Below are positions 1 to 8,142 of a stretch of 17,692 nucleotides of DNA, piece after piece. The stretch is taken from assembly GCA_034669905.1 (NCBI GenBank), contig JAXMOL010000084.1, forward strand, positions 1 through 17,692, given 5' to 3'. Source of the DNA: Candidatus Hydrogenedentota bacterium (GTDB taxonomy: Bacteria; Hydrogenedentota; Hydrogenedentia; Hydrogenedentales; JAEUWI01). How positions within the stretch are numbered: position 1 is the first letter of the stretch; every line of letters starts with the position of its first letter. Both the position numbers and the translations under genes were made by a program. The notes under the pieces are model-generated. The model had not been told where the DNA came from and made no database searches. It was given only the letters and a program-made list of their open reading frames with translations.

Positions 1-40
1 TCCAATCCACTGACAACTTGCTACTATCTTGTTTGGACAT
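1..40 (-). CDS. Probable 5' end of a gene running off the left edge (MSKQDSSKLSVDW...), product unknown
   Basis: Minus strand reads CCAGAAGGAAACATC-ATG-TCC-AAA-CAA..., an AGAAGGA SD-like element just upstream of the ATG at 40..38, open to the window edge. Only 13 codons are visible. Confidence 0.4.
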   Translation of the reverse strand, partial: MSKQDSSKLSVDW

Positions 41-97
41 GATGTTTCCTTCTGGGGCCTACCGCCCCGGTTGTATTGGACCAGAAACATCATGTCC
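35..97 (-). promoter_or_regulatory. Leader hairpin covering the start codon of the left-edge gene
   Basis: Perfect 14-bp inverted repeat GGACATGATGTTTC (35-48) / GAAACATCATGTCC (84-97), extendable by 3 bp (TGG 53-55 / CCA 81-83) across a 4-nt bulge. Confidence 0.45.
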
Positions 98-124
98 TTT
101 TTTGCAGAACTTATGAAACATAAC

Positions 125-435
125 CGCCGGCATGCTGCGACACCGTCGCAGGAATCAGTCGCGAAGCGGCATCATACCGCAGTCCAGCGGAGCCTATGGA
201 GCGCCGGCGGCTCGCCGGCATGCTGCGACACTGTCGGACGAATCAGTCGCGACGGGGCGACATAGCGTAGCCCAGCGGCAAGTGGAGCCTACGGAGCGCC
301 GATGGCCCGCCGGCACGCTGCGACACTATCGCACGAATCAGTCGCGAAGCGGCGCTATAGCGTAGCCCAGCGGCGAGCGAAGCGAGTCCTGGGTTAAGGG
401 ACCACACCCCAACCAAGTCCCAACGGGGCGACATA
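125..435. repeat. Three degenerate tandem units (periods 88 and 95 bp) with a REP-like core
   Basis: CGCCGGCAyGCTGCGACAC...GAATCAGTCGCGA starts at 125, 213 and 308. The third unit continues into TAGCCCAGCGGCGAGCGAAGCGAGTCCTGGG and AAGTCCCAACGGGGCGACATA (415-435). Confidence 0.85.
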
Positions 436-446
436 TGCGCCGCAAA

Positions 447-847
447 TCCGGGGGCTGCATTCCCAAGCAGAGCTTAAAATCGAGGGGCATGTCCAGCGCT
501 CCAACCAGTCGCGAAGCGGCGAAATATCGTAGCCCAGCGGCGAGCGGAGCGAGTCCTGAGTATCGTGCGCCCCGAAATGAACTCTCATCGGGGTGACTGC
601 TGGCGGTATTCGAGCGCGAGGAGCTACGGAACCGAGATCGACTGGTTGAGGTATATCGAAACTGGATCGGGGAGACGGTGGGAGCGGAGCTCCGGGGGCT
701 GCATTCCCAAGCAGAGCTTAAAATCGAGGGGCATGTCCAGCGCTCCAACCAGTCGCGAAGCGGCGAAATATCGTAGCCCAGCGGCGAGCGCAGCGAGTCC
801 TGGGTAAACACGGTCCCACCGCATTCAAGTCCCGAAGGGGCGGCATA
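447..847. repeat. 112-bp direct repeat (447-558 and 691-802) built from two REP-like families, plus a terminal REP at 827-847
   Basis: The copies are identical except G547/C791. Each contains GCATTCCCAAGCAGAGCTT and CAGTCGCGAAGCGGCGAAATATCGTAGCCCAGCGGCGAGCG-AGCGAGTCCTG. AAGTCCCGAAGGGGCGGCATA (827-847) matches 415-435. Confidence 0.9.
595..665 (+). pseudogene. C-terminal relic of a REP-associated tyrosine transposase (RAYT/TnpA-REP), frameshifted
   Basis: 601-636 translates WRYSSARSYGTE; after a 1-nt shift, 639-665 reads RLVEVYRNW. This matches the recalled RAYT C-terminal pattern W-R-Y-S-S-A-R-x-Y-x(4-5)-L-[IV]-E-V-x(3)-W and is followed directly by REP-like DNA. Confidence 0.6.
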
Positions 848-857
848 GGTCCACACC

Positions 858-2339
858 CTACGCCAACAACTCCCCAATTACATGCCCGTGCACATCCGTC
901 AACCGCCGCTCGATGCCGTTGTGGTAATAGGTCAGCTTTTCGTGGTCTATCCCCAGGAGGTGCAAGGCCGTGGCGTGCAGGTCATAGCTATACGTTGGAT
1001 TCTCCGCGACCTGGAATCCCAGTTCATCACTTTGTCCGTAGCTCACGCCGGGCTTGACGCCGCCACCGGCCATCCACATGGTAAAGGTGCCGGGGTTATG
1101 GTCCCGTCCCTTGCCGGCCTGGGCACCGGGCTGTCGGCCAAACTCCGTCGTGCACATGACGAGGGTGTCGTCGAGCATGCCGTGGCTCTTGAGATCTTTC
1201 AACAGGGCCGAAGCCCCCGTGTCGAGAATAGGACCCCAGTAGCCATGGTCCCGGGGGAGGTCTTCGTGGCTATCCCAGTTGGGGCGAATCTCTTTCGCGG
1301 TTGTGTTTTCCGCGCCACAGTAGAGCTGGACGAAGCGGACGCCCCGCTCCACGAGTCGTCGTGCCATGAGGCACTGGCGCCCGAAGGAACCGATGTCTTT
1401 GTGTTCGAGGTTATAGAGGCGGCGGATGGCTTCGCTTTCGGAGGCGATGTCCGTAACTTCCGGCGCACTGAGTTGGAGGCGCGCGGCGAGTTCGTAGGAA
1501 GCGATGCGGGCCTCGAGTTCACTGTGCTCTTCCCGGGCCGCCGCGTGTTGGTTGTTGAGGGCCTGAAGGACGTCGAGGCTCTGGCGTTCGTGGGCGGTGG
1601 TGATGTCGCCATAGTGCGCCGGCGGAAAGAGGTCCGCAATCGCCGGCTTGCTCGGGTCGCTGTTGAGCGTGGTGGCTTGGTGGACGGCAGGGAGGAAGCC
1701 TGCACCCCAGTTGACGGGACCGCCGGGGGGGAGGCCCCGCACGTCGGGCAGCACCACGAAGGACGGCAGGTTCTGGGTTTCCGTTCCAAGGCCATAGGTG
1801 ACCCACGCACCCATGGCGGGAAAACCGGGCATGGTGAAGCCGGAATTCATCATGAAGCAGGCGGGTCCGTGGAGAGCCGTCTTGTTGGTCATGGAGTGGA
1901 TAAAGGCCATATCGTCCACACAGGTAGAGAGCCTGGGGAAGAGGTCACTCATCCATTTTCCACACTCGCCGTACTGACGGAACTTCCAGAAGCTGCCCTG
2001 ACAGTTGCCCGGCTTAGAGGCGAAGAACTCCAATTCGCCCGTCGTGTCGAAGGGTTTGCCGGTGCGCTTTTCGAGCTCGGGCTTGTAGTCCCACGTGTCC
2101 ACATGGCTCAACCCGCCGGGACAGAAAATCTGGATGACGGCCTTGGCCTTGGGCGCGTGGTGGGCCGGGCGGAGGGCCATGGAATCCGTCGCGGCGTGGG
2201 CCGACGCGCCCAGCAGGCCCCCGTCTTTCAGGAGGGAGGAAAGGGCGATGCCACCGAGGCCACCGCCGAGTTGCCAGAGGAAATCACGGCGGGAGCCCGT
2301 CTTGACGGCGTATCCGGGGCAGGGGTTAGTTTTGGACAT
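858..2339 (-). CDS. DUF1501 domain-containing protein (sulfatase/alkaline-phosphatase-like fold) with Tat-like signal, 493 aa
   Basis: SRRDFL twin-arginine motif; AKAVIQIFCPGGLSHVDTWDYKP, ARRLVERGVRFVQ, WDSH, TEFGR, GRDHN and DLHATALHLLGIDHEKLTY motifs; SD AAGGA upstream; lies downstream of a DUF1553 gene, the usual arrangement. Confidence 0.93.
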   Translation of the reverse strand: MSKTNPCPGYAVKTGSRRDFLWQLGGGLGGIALSSLLKDGGLLGASAHAATDSMALRPAHHAPKAKAVIQIFCPGGLSHVDTWDYKPELEKRTGKPFDTTGELEFFASKPGNCQGSFWKFRQYGECGKWMSDLFPRLSTCVDDMAFIHSMTNKTALHGPACFMMNSGFTMPGFPAMGAWVTYGLGTETQNLPSFVVLPDVRGLPPGGPVNWGAGFLPAVHQATTLNSDPSKPAIADLFPPAHYGDITTAHERQSLDVLQALNNQHAAAREEHSELEARIASYELAARLQLSAPEVTDIASESEAIRRLYNLEHKDIGSFGRQCLMARRLVERGVRFVQLYCGAENTTAKEIRPNWDSHEDLPRDHGYWGPILDTGASALLKDLKSHGMLDDTLVMCTTEFGRQPGAQAGKGRDHNPGTFTMWMAGGGVKPGVSYGQSDELGFQVAENPTYSYDLHATALHLLGIDHEKLTYYHNGIERRLTDVHGHVIGELLA

Positions 2340-2398
2340 CAGTTGTTATCCTTGCTCATGAAATCTAATTCCATGGGAACGAGATCAAAGACTTTTTC

Positions 2399-2597
2399 AA
2401 CCACAGAGAACGCAGAGCGCACAGAGAAGAAAATACGCTGAGTGCGCCTGTCCGTCATCCCCGCGAAGGCGGGGATCCAGAAACAGGGCAACGTATCCGT
2501 GCATACCTGCTGGATTCCCGCCTTCGCGGGAATGACGACTTGGCCCTGACTCGCTACGGCCAACGGCGACACAACAATCTTTGCGTTCTTTGTGGTT
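2399..2597. repeat. Outer inverted pair of an AACCACAGAG-type repeat
   Basis: AACCACAGAGAACGCAGAG (2399-2417) vs CTTTGCGTTCTTTGTGGTT (2579-2597): 17/19 complementary. Confidence 0.7.
2453..2537. repeat. Inverted REP doublet (REPIN-like) of the GTCATTCCCGCGAAGGCGGGAATCCAG family (dRS3-like core ATTCCC-N8-GGGAAT)
   Basis: CGTCATCCCCGCGAAGGCGGGGATCCAG (2453-2480) and CTGGATTCCCGCCTTCGCGGGAATGACG (2510-2537), 26/28 complementary, 29-bp spacer. Confidence 0.9.
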
Positions 2598-2627
2598 TCA
2601 AATAATTCCATTCGTGGTTCAAGACGC

Positions 2628-5600
2628 TCAATCAATATGTACGAATTCATTCGCATTCAGCAGTACCCGGCACAGTGCCGGCAGTCCCAATTCCCCAACG
2701 AGGGGGACGCATCGGCTCCATTCGTCGTCGGATGGGGCGCGCCCGAAGACGAGCTCGAAAGCGCGATTCACCTGCGCGGCGGCATCGTCACCCGCTTCGA
2801 TCTTCACCCGCTCGGCGAAGTAGCCCGCCTGCTTAAGCATGAAGTCATTGTTCAGCAGGGAGAGTGATTGTAAAGCCGTGGTCGTCGTCAGTCGGGCCGG
2901 CGTGAGTACCGCCGGGTTGGGGCAGTCCAGGGTGGTCATAAATGGCTGGGGCGTCGTACGCACGACAAAACGGTAGATGCTCCGCCGCCACAGTTCGGGA
3001 GAATCGGCCGTGATGTAGGTGTATTGGGGCGCATACTCTTCCACGTAGTCAAAGTCGCGGTAGCCCGGTCCGTGCATGGCGAGGTTGAGTTTGCCGCTCA
3101 CCTGGAGCACGCTGTCCCGCAGCACTTCGGCCCCCAGGCGCCGGGGATTCATCCGCCACAGGAGACGATTGTCGCCATCCACCAGCCGCGGGTCGGCGTG
3201 TTTTTCGAGGTCATACTCCTCGGCAAGGACACTTTGCTGTTGATAGGCCGCACTGGTGAGCATGAGACGGTGCATGGCCTTGGTGGACCATCCCTGTCGC
3301 TGCAATTCGGCCGCCAGCCAATCCAGCAATTCCGGATGGGAGGGACGTCCGCCACCAAAGCCGAAGTCGCTGGGCGTGTCCACGATGCCCTTGCCAAAAT
3401 GGTGGTGCCAGAGGCGGTTCACCCACACCCGGGGGGTGAGGGGATTGCGCGGGTCGGTAATCCAGCGGGCGAGGGCAAGACGACGGGCCCCTTCATCGAG
3501 AGGGGCTTCGCCAAAGGTCGGCGGCACCGCAGCGAGGGCACTCAGGCCAGCAGGCTGGACCACTTCGCCGGGAGACTCCGTACTGCCACGGAGCAGGATA
3601 TGGGTATCCGGCGGGGTCGTGGCCTTGGTGGCGTAGACCATCGGGGGCTTCTGGTCGGGCGGGTAGGTTTTCTGTAGTGTGTCACGTTCGGCGAGGAGCG
3701 CCGTCTTGCGGGCCTCATCCTGCGCGGAGAGGGTGGCGCTGTCGTCGCGAACTTCCAATCGGGGATCACCAAAGAAGACCTGGTCATGGCCAATGCCGTC
3801 GCCGCCGTCGGTCGCAATCAAGGTGAGGAAACGCTCTTCCGGGCCCACGTCAAAGGAAATGGGATAGGCCCCGTCTTTGGGGCCAAAGCCGATACGACGT
3901 GCGCGGAGTGCCCCGTCCACATAAATGAAGCAGTCGGCTTTGTTCTTTTCCGCACCGCCACCATAGCCTACGACCGCGCGGAATCGATAGTTGCTTCCAT
4001 GGCCCGCTTCGCGCAGTGCCTGCAGGTCAACGGTAATGCCCTTGTTTGCGTGAAAGCCCAGCAGGCGATGGGGGCCTTCGCCATAATCTACCCCGTCGAG
4101 GGTCGTGCTGTCTTGCGAGCTGACCGGGCCGTTGAGTACATAATCCCAGCTCTTGCCCGACGTGTCCGGCAGCTCCTCCAGGGTGATGCCCGTGGATGTG
4201 ATGGGTACGGCCACGCCCTCGGCACCGTCCGGGATGAAGACCCCGTCTACAGCCGGTAAATCGGGCACAGGCACCAGCGTGTTGGCCGGCACCCCGTCAA
4301 TATAGTTGGTCATCCCCTCCAACACCGCGCCGCTCTTGAGGTCGATACCGGCCGGGTAGGCCTTCCCGCTACCCAGGCCATCGCCGCCCGTGATGATATC
4401 GACCAGGTCGAGTGGACGGGGAAGCAGGCCGGCCAGCTCCGCGTCGATGGCTTTGAGGCGTACCTGGGCACTGTCCCACCGGGGGGATACGGTCCGCTCT
4501 GCCCGGGTCGTACCCGCGAAGACGGCGGTGAGCTCGTAGTAATCCCGTTGGCTGATGGGGTCAAGCTTGTGGTCGTGACAGCGCGCGCAATTGACGGTGA
4601 GGGCCATGGTGGCCGTGATGGCCGTGGTGGTCATATCGTCCAGATCATCGGCCCGGGCGGCGCGACGGAGGGCCGCACTCTTGGTTTCCACCTGACCCAC
4701 ATAATCCCACGGACCAGCGGCTAAGAATCCGGTGGCGATGACCGCGTCCGCCTTCTCCGGGTTCAGCACGTCCCCGGCAATCTGCTCCCGAATAAACTGG
4801 TCGTAGGGCAGATCGTCGTTGAAAGCCCCGATAACATAATCGCGGTAGCGCCAGGCGTTGTCCCGCCGTTGATCCCGCTCAAAGCCATGGGTATCTGCAT
4901 AGTGGGCGATATCGAGCCAATGCCGTGCCCACCGTTCACCATAGTGGGGCGAGGCCATAAGTTCATCCACGAGGCGCTCCCACGCATCCGGGCGGGTGTC
5001 GGCTTCGAAAGTGGCGATGGCGTCGGCCGTGGGAGGGAGTCCAATCAGATCGATGTAGAGCCTTCGGATGAGGGTGCGCCGGTCGGCCTGTGGGCTTGGC
5101 GCAAGGTTTTGGGCTTCGAGGGCGGCGAAGAGAAACTGGTCAATCGGGTTTTCCTGCCACGCGGTGGGTGCCTGGGGCACTGCGGGTGGGGGGACGTCGG
5201 CGAGGGGCTGGAAGGACCACCACGAAGCGTCCGCCTTGGAGGGCTCCGACAGGGTGCGGTCTTCGGGCCAGGGGGCACCCGCGGCGATCCACTGGCGGAT
5301 GATATCCACTTCCGTCGCATTAAGGGGCGTGCCTTTCGCCGGCATTTCCGGGGGGCTACCGTCCGATTTCGGCTGGATGACCTTGAGGAGGCGGCTTTGG
5401 TCGGGCGCGCCGGGAACGACCTTGCCACTGGCCATCATGTCGGCGCGGGTGGCGAGGGAAAAATCGCCTTTCAGGATATTGGGCTGATGACAACCCAGGC
5501 AATTGGCTTCGAGCAGGGGAGCGACGTCGGTTTCAAAGTCGACGGCCGCGCCGGTGAAGGCGCCCAATAAGGTGATTGCGAGAACCAGAAGGCCGGATCC

Positions 5601-5630
5601 AGCCTTGAAAATGGGGGGGATTTGACGCAC
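2628..5630 (-). CDS. Planctomycete-type cytochrome c protein: PSCyt1 + DUF1549 (PSCyt2) + NPCBM/NEW2-like insert + DUF1553 (PSD1), 1000 aa
   Basis: Signal peptide; CxxCH motifs CLGCH and CARCH(DHK); NPIDQFL, YGERWARHWLDIAHYADTHG, NPLTPRVWVNRLWHHHFGKGIV, PSHPELLDWLA and RRSIY motifs; NPCBM-like GFHANKGITVDL...LTLIATDGGDGIGHDQVFFGDPRL; GTG start with GAGGA SD. Confidence 0.93.
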   Translation of the reverse strand: MRQIPPIFKAGSGLLVLAITLLGAFTGAAVDFETDVAPLLEANCLGCHQPNILKGDFSLATRADMMASGKVVPGAPDQSRLLKVIQPKSDGSPPEMPAKGTPLNATEVDIIRQWIAAGAPWPEDRTLSEPSKADASWWSFQPLADVPPPAVPQAPTAWQENPIDQFLFAALEAQNLAPSPQADRRTLIRRLYIDLIGLPPTADAIATFEADTRPDAWERLVDELMASPHYGERWARHWLDIAHYADTHGFERDQRRDNAWRYRDYVIGAFNDDLPYDQFIREQIAGDVLNPEKADAVIATGFLAAGPWDYVGQVETKSAALRRAARADDLDDMTTTAITATMALTVNCARCHDHKLDPISQRDYYELTAVFAGTTRAERTVSPRWDSAQVRLKAIDAELAGLLPRPLDLVDIITGGDGLGSGKAYPAGIDLKSGAVLEGMTNYIDGVPANTLVPVPDLPAVDGVFIPDGAEGVAVPITSTGITLEELPDTSGKSWDYVLNGPVSSQDSTTLDGVDYGEGPHRLLGFHANKGITVDLQALREAGHGSNYRFRAVVGYGGGAEKNKADCFIYVDGALRARRIGFGPKDGAYPISFDVGPEERFLTLIATDGGDGIGHDQVFFGDPRLEVRDDSATLSAQDEARKTALLAERDTLQKTYPPDQKPPMVYATKATTPPDTHILLRGSTESPGEVVQPAGLSALAAVPPTFGEAPLDEGARRLALARWITDPRNPLTPRVWVNRLWHHHFGKGIVDTPSDFGFGGGRPSHPELLDWLAAELQRQGWSTKAMHRLMLTSAAYQQQSVLAEEYDLEKHADPRLVDGDNRLLWRMNPRRLGAEVLRDSVLQVSGKLNLAMHGPGYRDFDYVEEYAPQYTYITADSPELWRRSIYRFVVRTTPQPFMTTLDCPNPAVLTPARLTTTTALQSLSLLNNDFMLKQAGYFAERVKIEAGDDAAAQVNRAFELVFGRAPSDDEWSRCVPLVGELGLPALCRVLLNANEFVHID

Positions 5631-5673
5631 GCGCTACTTCCTCGTAACTGCCCTTTGACTAAGTCCAACCGCC

Positions 5674-5704
5674 ATGCTACCCATGTATTGACAACGGTGT
5701 CAAT
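5674..5704 (-). promoter_or_regulatory. Candidate sigma70 promoter of the DUF1553-DUF1501 operon, overlapped by a palindromic operator
   Basis: Minus strand TTGACA (5703-5698)-N18-TAGCAT (5679-5674); dyad ATTGACA-ACGG-TGTCAAT at 5687-5704. Confidence 0.55.
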
Positions 5705-5729
5705 GCGCCGTCTCGCGTGGAGAAATAGC

Positions 5730-5767
5730 ATAAAGGCTCCCTGCTATCAGAAAGATGCCAGGGAGCC
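5730..5767 (-). terminator. Intrinsic terminator of the DUF805 gene
   Basis: GGCTCCCTG (5735-5743) / CAGGGAGCC (5759-5767) stem, followed on the minus strand by TTTAT, ~30 nt after the stop. The U-tract is short. Confidence 0.6.
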
Positions 5768-5795
5768 GTAGGCTAAGCGACGATTGGGCGGTGAA

Positions 5796-6149
5796 TCAGG
5801 CAGCGACCGCCTTGGGATCCGGGCCGTATTCGTTGTCGCCCGGTGTGCCTTCCAAGATATAGAAAATCAGGAGCACAAGCCACCCAAGGATCGGGATGAA
5901 AATGAGGAGGAGCCAGAAACCGCTACGTCCCGTATCGTGCAGTCGACGCATGGCCACCGCGAGGGAGGGTAGTAAAACGGCCAGATTGTACAGCGAACTG
6001 AGCGTGCCGGGCATGCTGATAATGTTCTCAACGATGGTGAGCACGGTGGCCACTACGAAGCTGATCAGGGCAAACATCCAGAATTCGGTCCGACGGGCCC
6101 GTCCGCTGAACCCCACATAGTTTTTCAACACATCTACATACCAATGCAT
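5796..6149 (-). CDS. DUF805 family inner-membrane protein (YhaH/YhaI-like), 117 aa
   Basis: MHWYVDVLKNYVGFSGRARRTEFW, LAVAMRRLHDTGRSG and GDNEYGPDPK signatures; start placed at ATG 6149 behind a GGGAG SD. Confidence 0.93.
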   Translation of the reverse strand: MHWYVDVLKNYVGFSGRARRTEFWMFALISFVVATVLTIVENIISMPGTLSSLYNLAVLLPSLAVAMRRLHDTGRSGFWLLLIFIPILGWLVLLIFYILEGTPGDNEYGPDPKAVAA

Positions 6150-6316
6150 GAATTCTCCCTTTCTGTTTCCCCAGCTTCGCAAACGCGGCATCCATTGGGG
6201 GGAGTGGGTCCGCGTCAATTTTATGCGTGATCCGCACGATGAAGATCACAGGGATATGTCAAGAGAATACTACGATAGGAGAAGTGGGAGAGAAATGCAA
6301 GAAGTTTCGGCGGAGC

Positions 6317-6420
6317 GGGGACAGCCCCGACTTCCGAATGGTGTGGTTACCATGGGGTGGTTGGGCTTGCCACGACACGCATTGCCCTTTGTTCGGGAGA
6401 ACTGTGTCGGTGCAGTCCCC
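6317..6420. mobile_element. Solo ~103-bp MITE/REPIN-like element (copy 1 of 6)
   Basis: Ends GGGGACAGCCCCGAC ... GTCGGTGCAGTCCCC (13/15 inverted); interior visibly homologous to 17568-17670. Confidence 0.8.
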
Positions 6421-6506
6421 GCTTTACGTCCGCTTGAATACCGCCACCCCTATTCTTATACTCCGTGCCAACGAAATGTCCCGGAATAGGGACTGAAATC
6501 TATGAA

Positions 6507-6911
6507 ATGGAGAATACTACGGTGAAAAGTTTGTTGAATCCATCCTGGCAGCAGTTGGCAGGTATTGTGATGTTACTCGCTGTCGCGAGTGGTTGCGCCA
6601 CTACAAGCGAGCCGACCCTCGGCGTATCCCCGGGGATGGCCTACGTATACGAGACCAACACGGGCGAACGCCTGGACGTGACCTACTATACCCTTACCGA
6701 TGACAGCCTGGATTTCGTACGTGTGGTCATGCCCGATGGCCAGCAATACACCCTGCCCCAGACGGTATCCGCCTCCGGTGCCCGCTACAGCGACGGCATG
6801 TATCTCGTGTGGTGGAGTAAGGGCGATACCGCGTTGGTGGAAGTCCGGGGCGACGATGGCGCGTGGACGACGCTCTATGAGGAGTGTCGGGTCGTTTCCC
6901 GGACGAGATGA
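6507..6911 (+). CDS. mliC: MliC/PliC family lysozyme-inhibitor lipoprotein
   Basis: Lipobox-like VASG-C; LPQTVSASGARY and WWSKG motifs. Start is ATG 6507, or GTG 6522 which has a GGAG SD. Confidence 0.85.
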   Translation: MENTTVKSLLNPSWQQLAGIVMLLAVASGCATTSEPTLGVSPGMAYVYETNTGERLDVTYYTLTDDSLDFVRVVMPDGQQYTLPQTVSASGARYSDGMYLVWWSKGDTALVEVRGDDGAWTTLYEECRVVSRTR

Positions 6912-6948
6912 CCGGAGCGCGTATTCTGCTTCATGCGGGGCGGAATTG

Positions 6949-8070
6949 CTACATCTCGTCAAAGGCCTCAAGACGCCCTTCCATGAGGGTGGCAATGGGC
7001 TTGGTCACGTCGATGCGCGCGAAGATGATCTTGGCGCTGGCCGTCATGGGGATGGCCAGCAGCATACCGCTGAATCCCCAGAGCATGCCCCAGAAGATTA
7101 AGGACATGAGCACGACGACCGGGTGGAGGCCCAGGGTGTCGCCCATGACCTTGGGCTCGAATACGCTGCCGATGAGAAACTGAATGCAGAGGGGCAACAG
7201 AACCGCCAAGACCACCGTGACGGTGCTGACACCAGGGGTCAGCAAGACAAAGGGGAGGGGCAGCAGGGTGGCGACGATGGAGCCAATATTGGGCACGAAG
7301 TTCAGGATGAAGGCGAAGGCTCCGAAGGAGATGGCGTAGCGGATGCCGAGAAAATGGAGCACCAGGTAGACCAGGAAGCCCGTCAGCATGGACGAGAGAA
7401 TCTTGATGGCGATGTATTTCTGAACCCGCGACTCGATTTCGCCCACGACCCCTTCGCGGGGCTTGGTGCGGGTTACGCTCCCCATTAAGAGGAAGGCCGT
7501 AAAGAGTAAGACCAGGAAGCCATTGGAGAGGACGGAAAGCACACCGGTGGAGAGTCGCCGTGCGATGCCGTTGATGGCGCCTTCAGGCAACAGGAGAGAC
7601 GTGCGAAATCCACTGTTTCGTTCCGGGGCAATGCCGTCTTCGGTGGTCGATTCCGCCGGGGCAGGGAGGCTTTCCCCCGTTGGAGGGGCTTCTTCGCTCT
7701 TGGCCACCAGCGTCACAATGGCTTTTATGGGGGGCGAGTTTTCGGCCTTGAGCAGCAGCTGTTTCAGTTGGGCCTCATATTCTCCGGCGTTATTGGCAAA
7801 TTGACCGACCGATACGGCGATAAAGGCACCCACCCCGAGCACAGCGAGAAAGCCGAGCAACAGGGTGATAGCAAGGGCGATGGGCCGGCGTACGCGGAGT
7901 TTTCGCATGAGAAAACTCACGATGGGCAGCAGCACGAGGGAGAGAAAGGCGGCGAGGATAAAGGGGACCAGTACGACGCGCAAGAGATAGAGGGCCACGG
8001 CAACCACGACAATGGTCAGCGTGGCCAGGCAGACCGTCTGGATGCGGGATTCGTATTCGCCTTTGGTCAT
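6949..8070 (-). CDS. AI-2E family transporter (TqsA/YhhT-like), 373 aa
   Basis: Multiple TM helices; FILNFVPNIGS, EPKVMGDTLGLHPVVVLMSLIFWGMLWGFSGMLLAIP; ATG 8070 with GGAG SD. Confidence 0.92.
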   Translation of the reverse strand: MTKGEYESRIQTVCLATLTIVVVAVALYLLRVVLVPFILAAFLSLVLLPIVSFLMRKLRVRRPIALAITLLLGFLAVLGVGAFIAVSVGQFANNAGEYEAQLKQLLLKAENSPPIKAIVTLVAKSEEAPPTGESLPAPAESTTEDGIAPERNSGFRTSLLLPEGAINGIARRLSTGVLSVLSNGFLVLLFTAFLLMGSVTRTKPREGVVGEIESRVQKYIAIKILSSMLTGFLVYLVLHFLGIRYAISFGAFAFILNFVPNIGSIVATLLPLPFVLLTPGVSTVTVVLAVLLPLCIQFLIGSVFEPKVMGDTLGLHPVVVLMSLIFWGMLWGFSGMLLAIPMTASAKIIFARIDVTKPIATLMEGRLEAFDEM

Positions 8071-8133
8071 GGACTTCGTCTCCAAAAATTCAATATTCGT
8101 GGATAGGGAGGGGCTGTCACTGGAGCCGGTGGG

Positions 8134-8142
8134 AGTATAGCA
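8134..8142 (-). promoter_or_regulatory. Candidate extended -10 promoter of the AI-2E gene
   Basis: TGCTATACT (TGn-TATACT) on the minus strand ~64 nt upstream of the ATG. Confidence 0.4.

Noticed and set aside
125..400. Tandem ~90-bp units as a CRISPR array or as short ORFs
   Set aside because: Whole units are homologous with no unique spacers; the ORFs are translations of palindromic repeats with no SD or protein-like composition.
882..2441. 519-aa + strand ORF
   Set aside because: Antisense shadow of the DUF1501 gene, typical of high-GC codon bias.
2339..2656. 105-aa ORF bridging DUF1553 and DUF1501
   Set aside because: VIPAKAGIQ / WIPAFAGMT and TTKNAK are translations of the REP elements.
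6312..6423. GC dinucleotide target-site duplication for the 103-bp element (AGC|...|GCT at copy 1 and the 14-kb cluster)
   Set aside because: Not present at the 17439-17670 composite (TGT|...|AGT), and indistinguishable from an extension of the inverted repeat.
7610..7700. Pro/Glu/Thr-rich insert in the AI-2E transporter
   Set aside because: Falls in the variable extramembrane region of the family; no repeat or motif suggests more.
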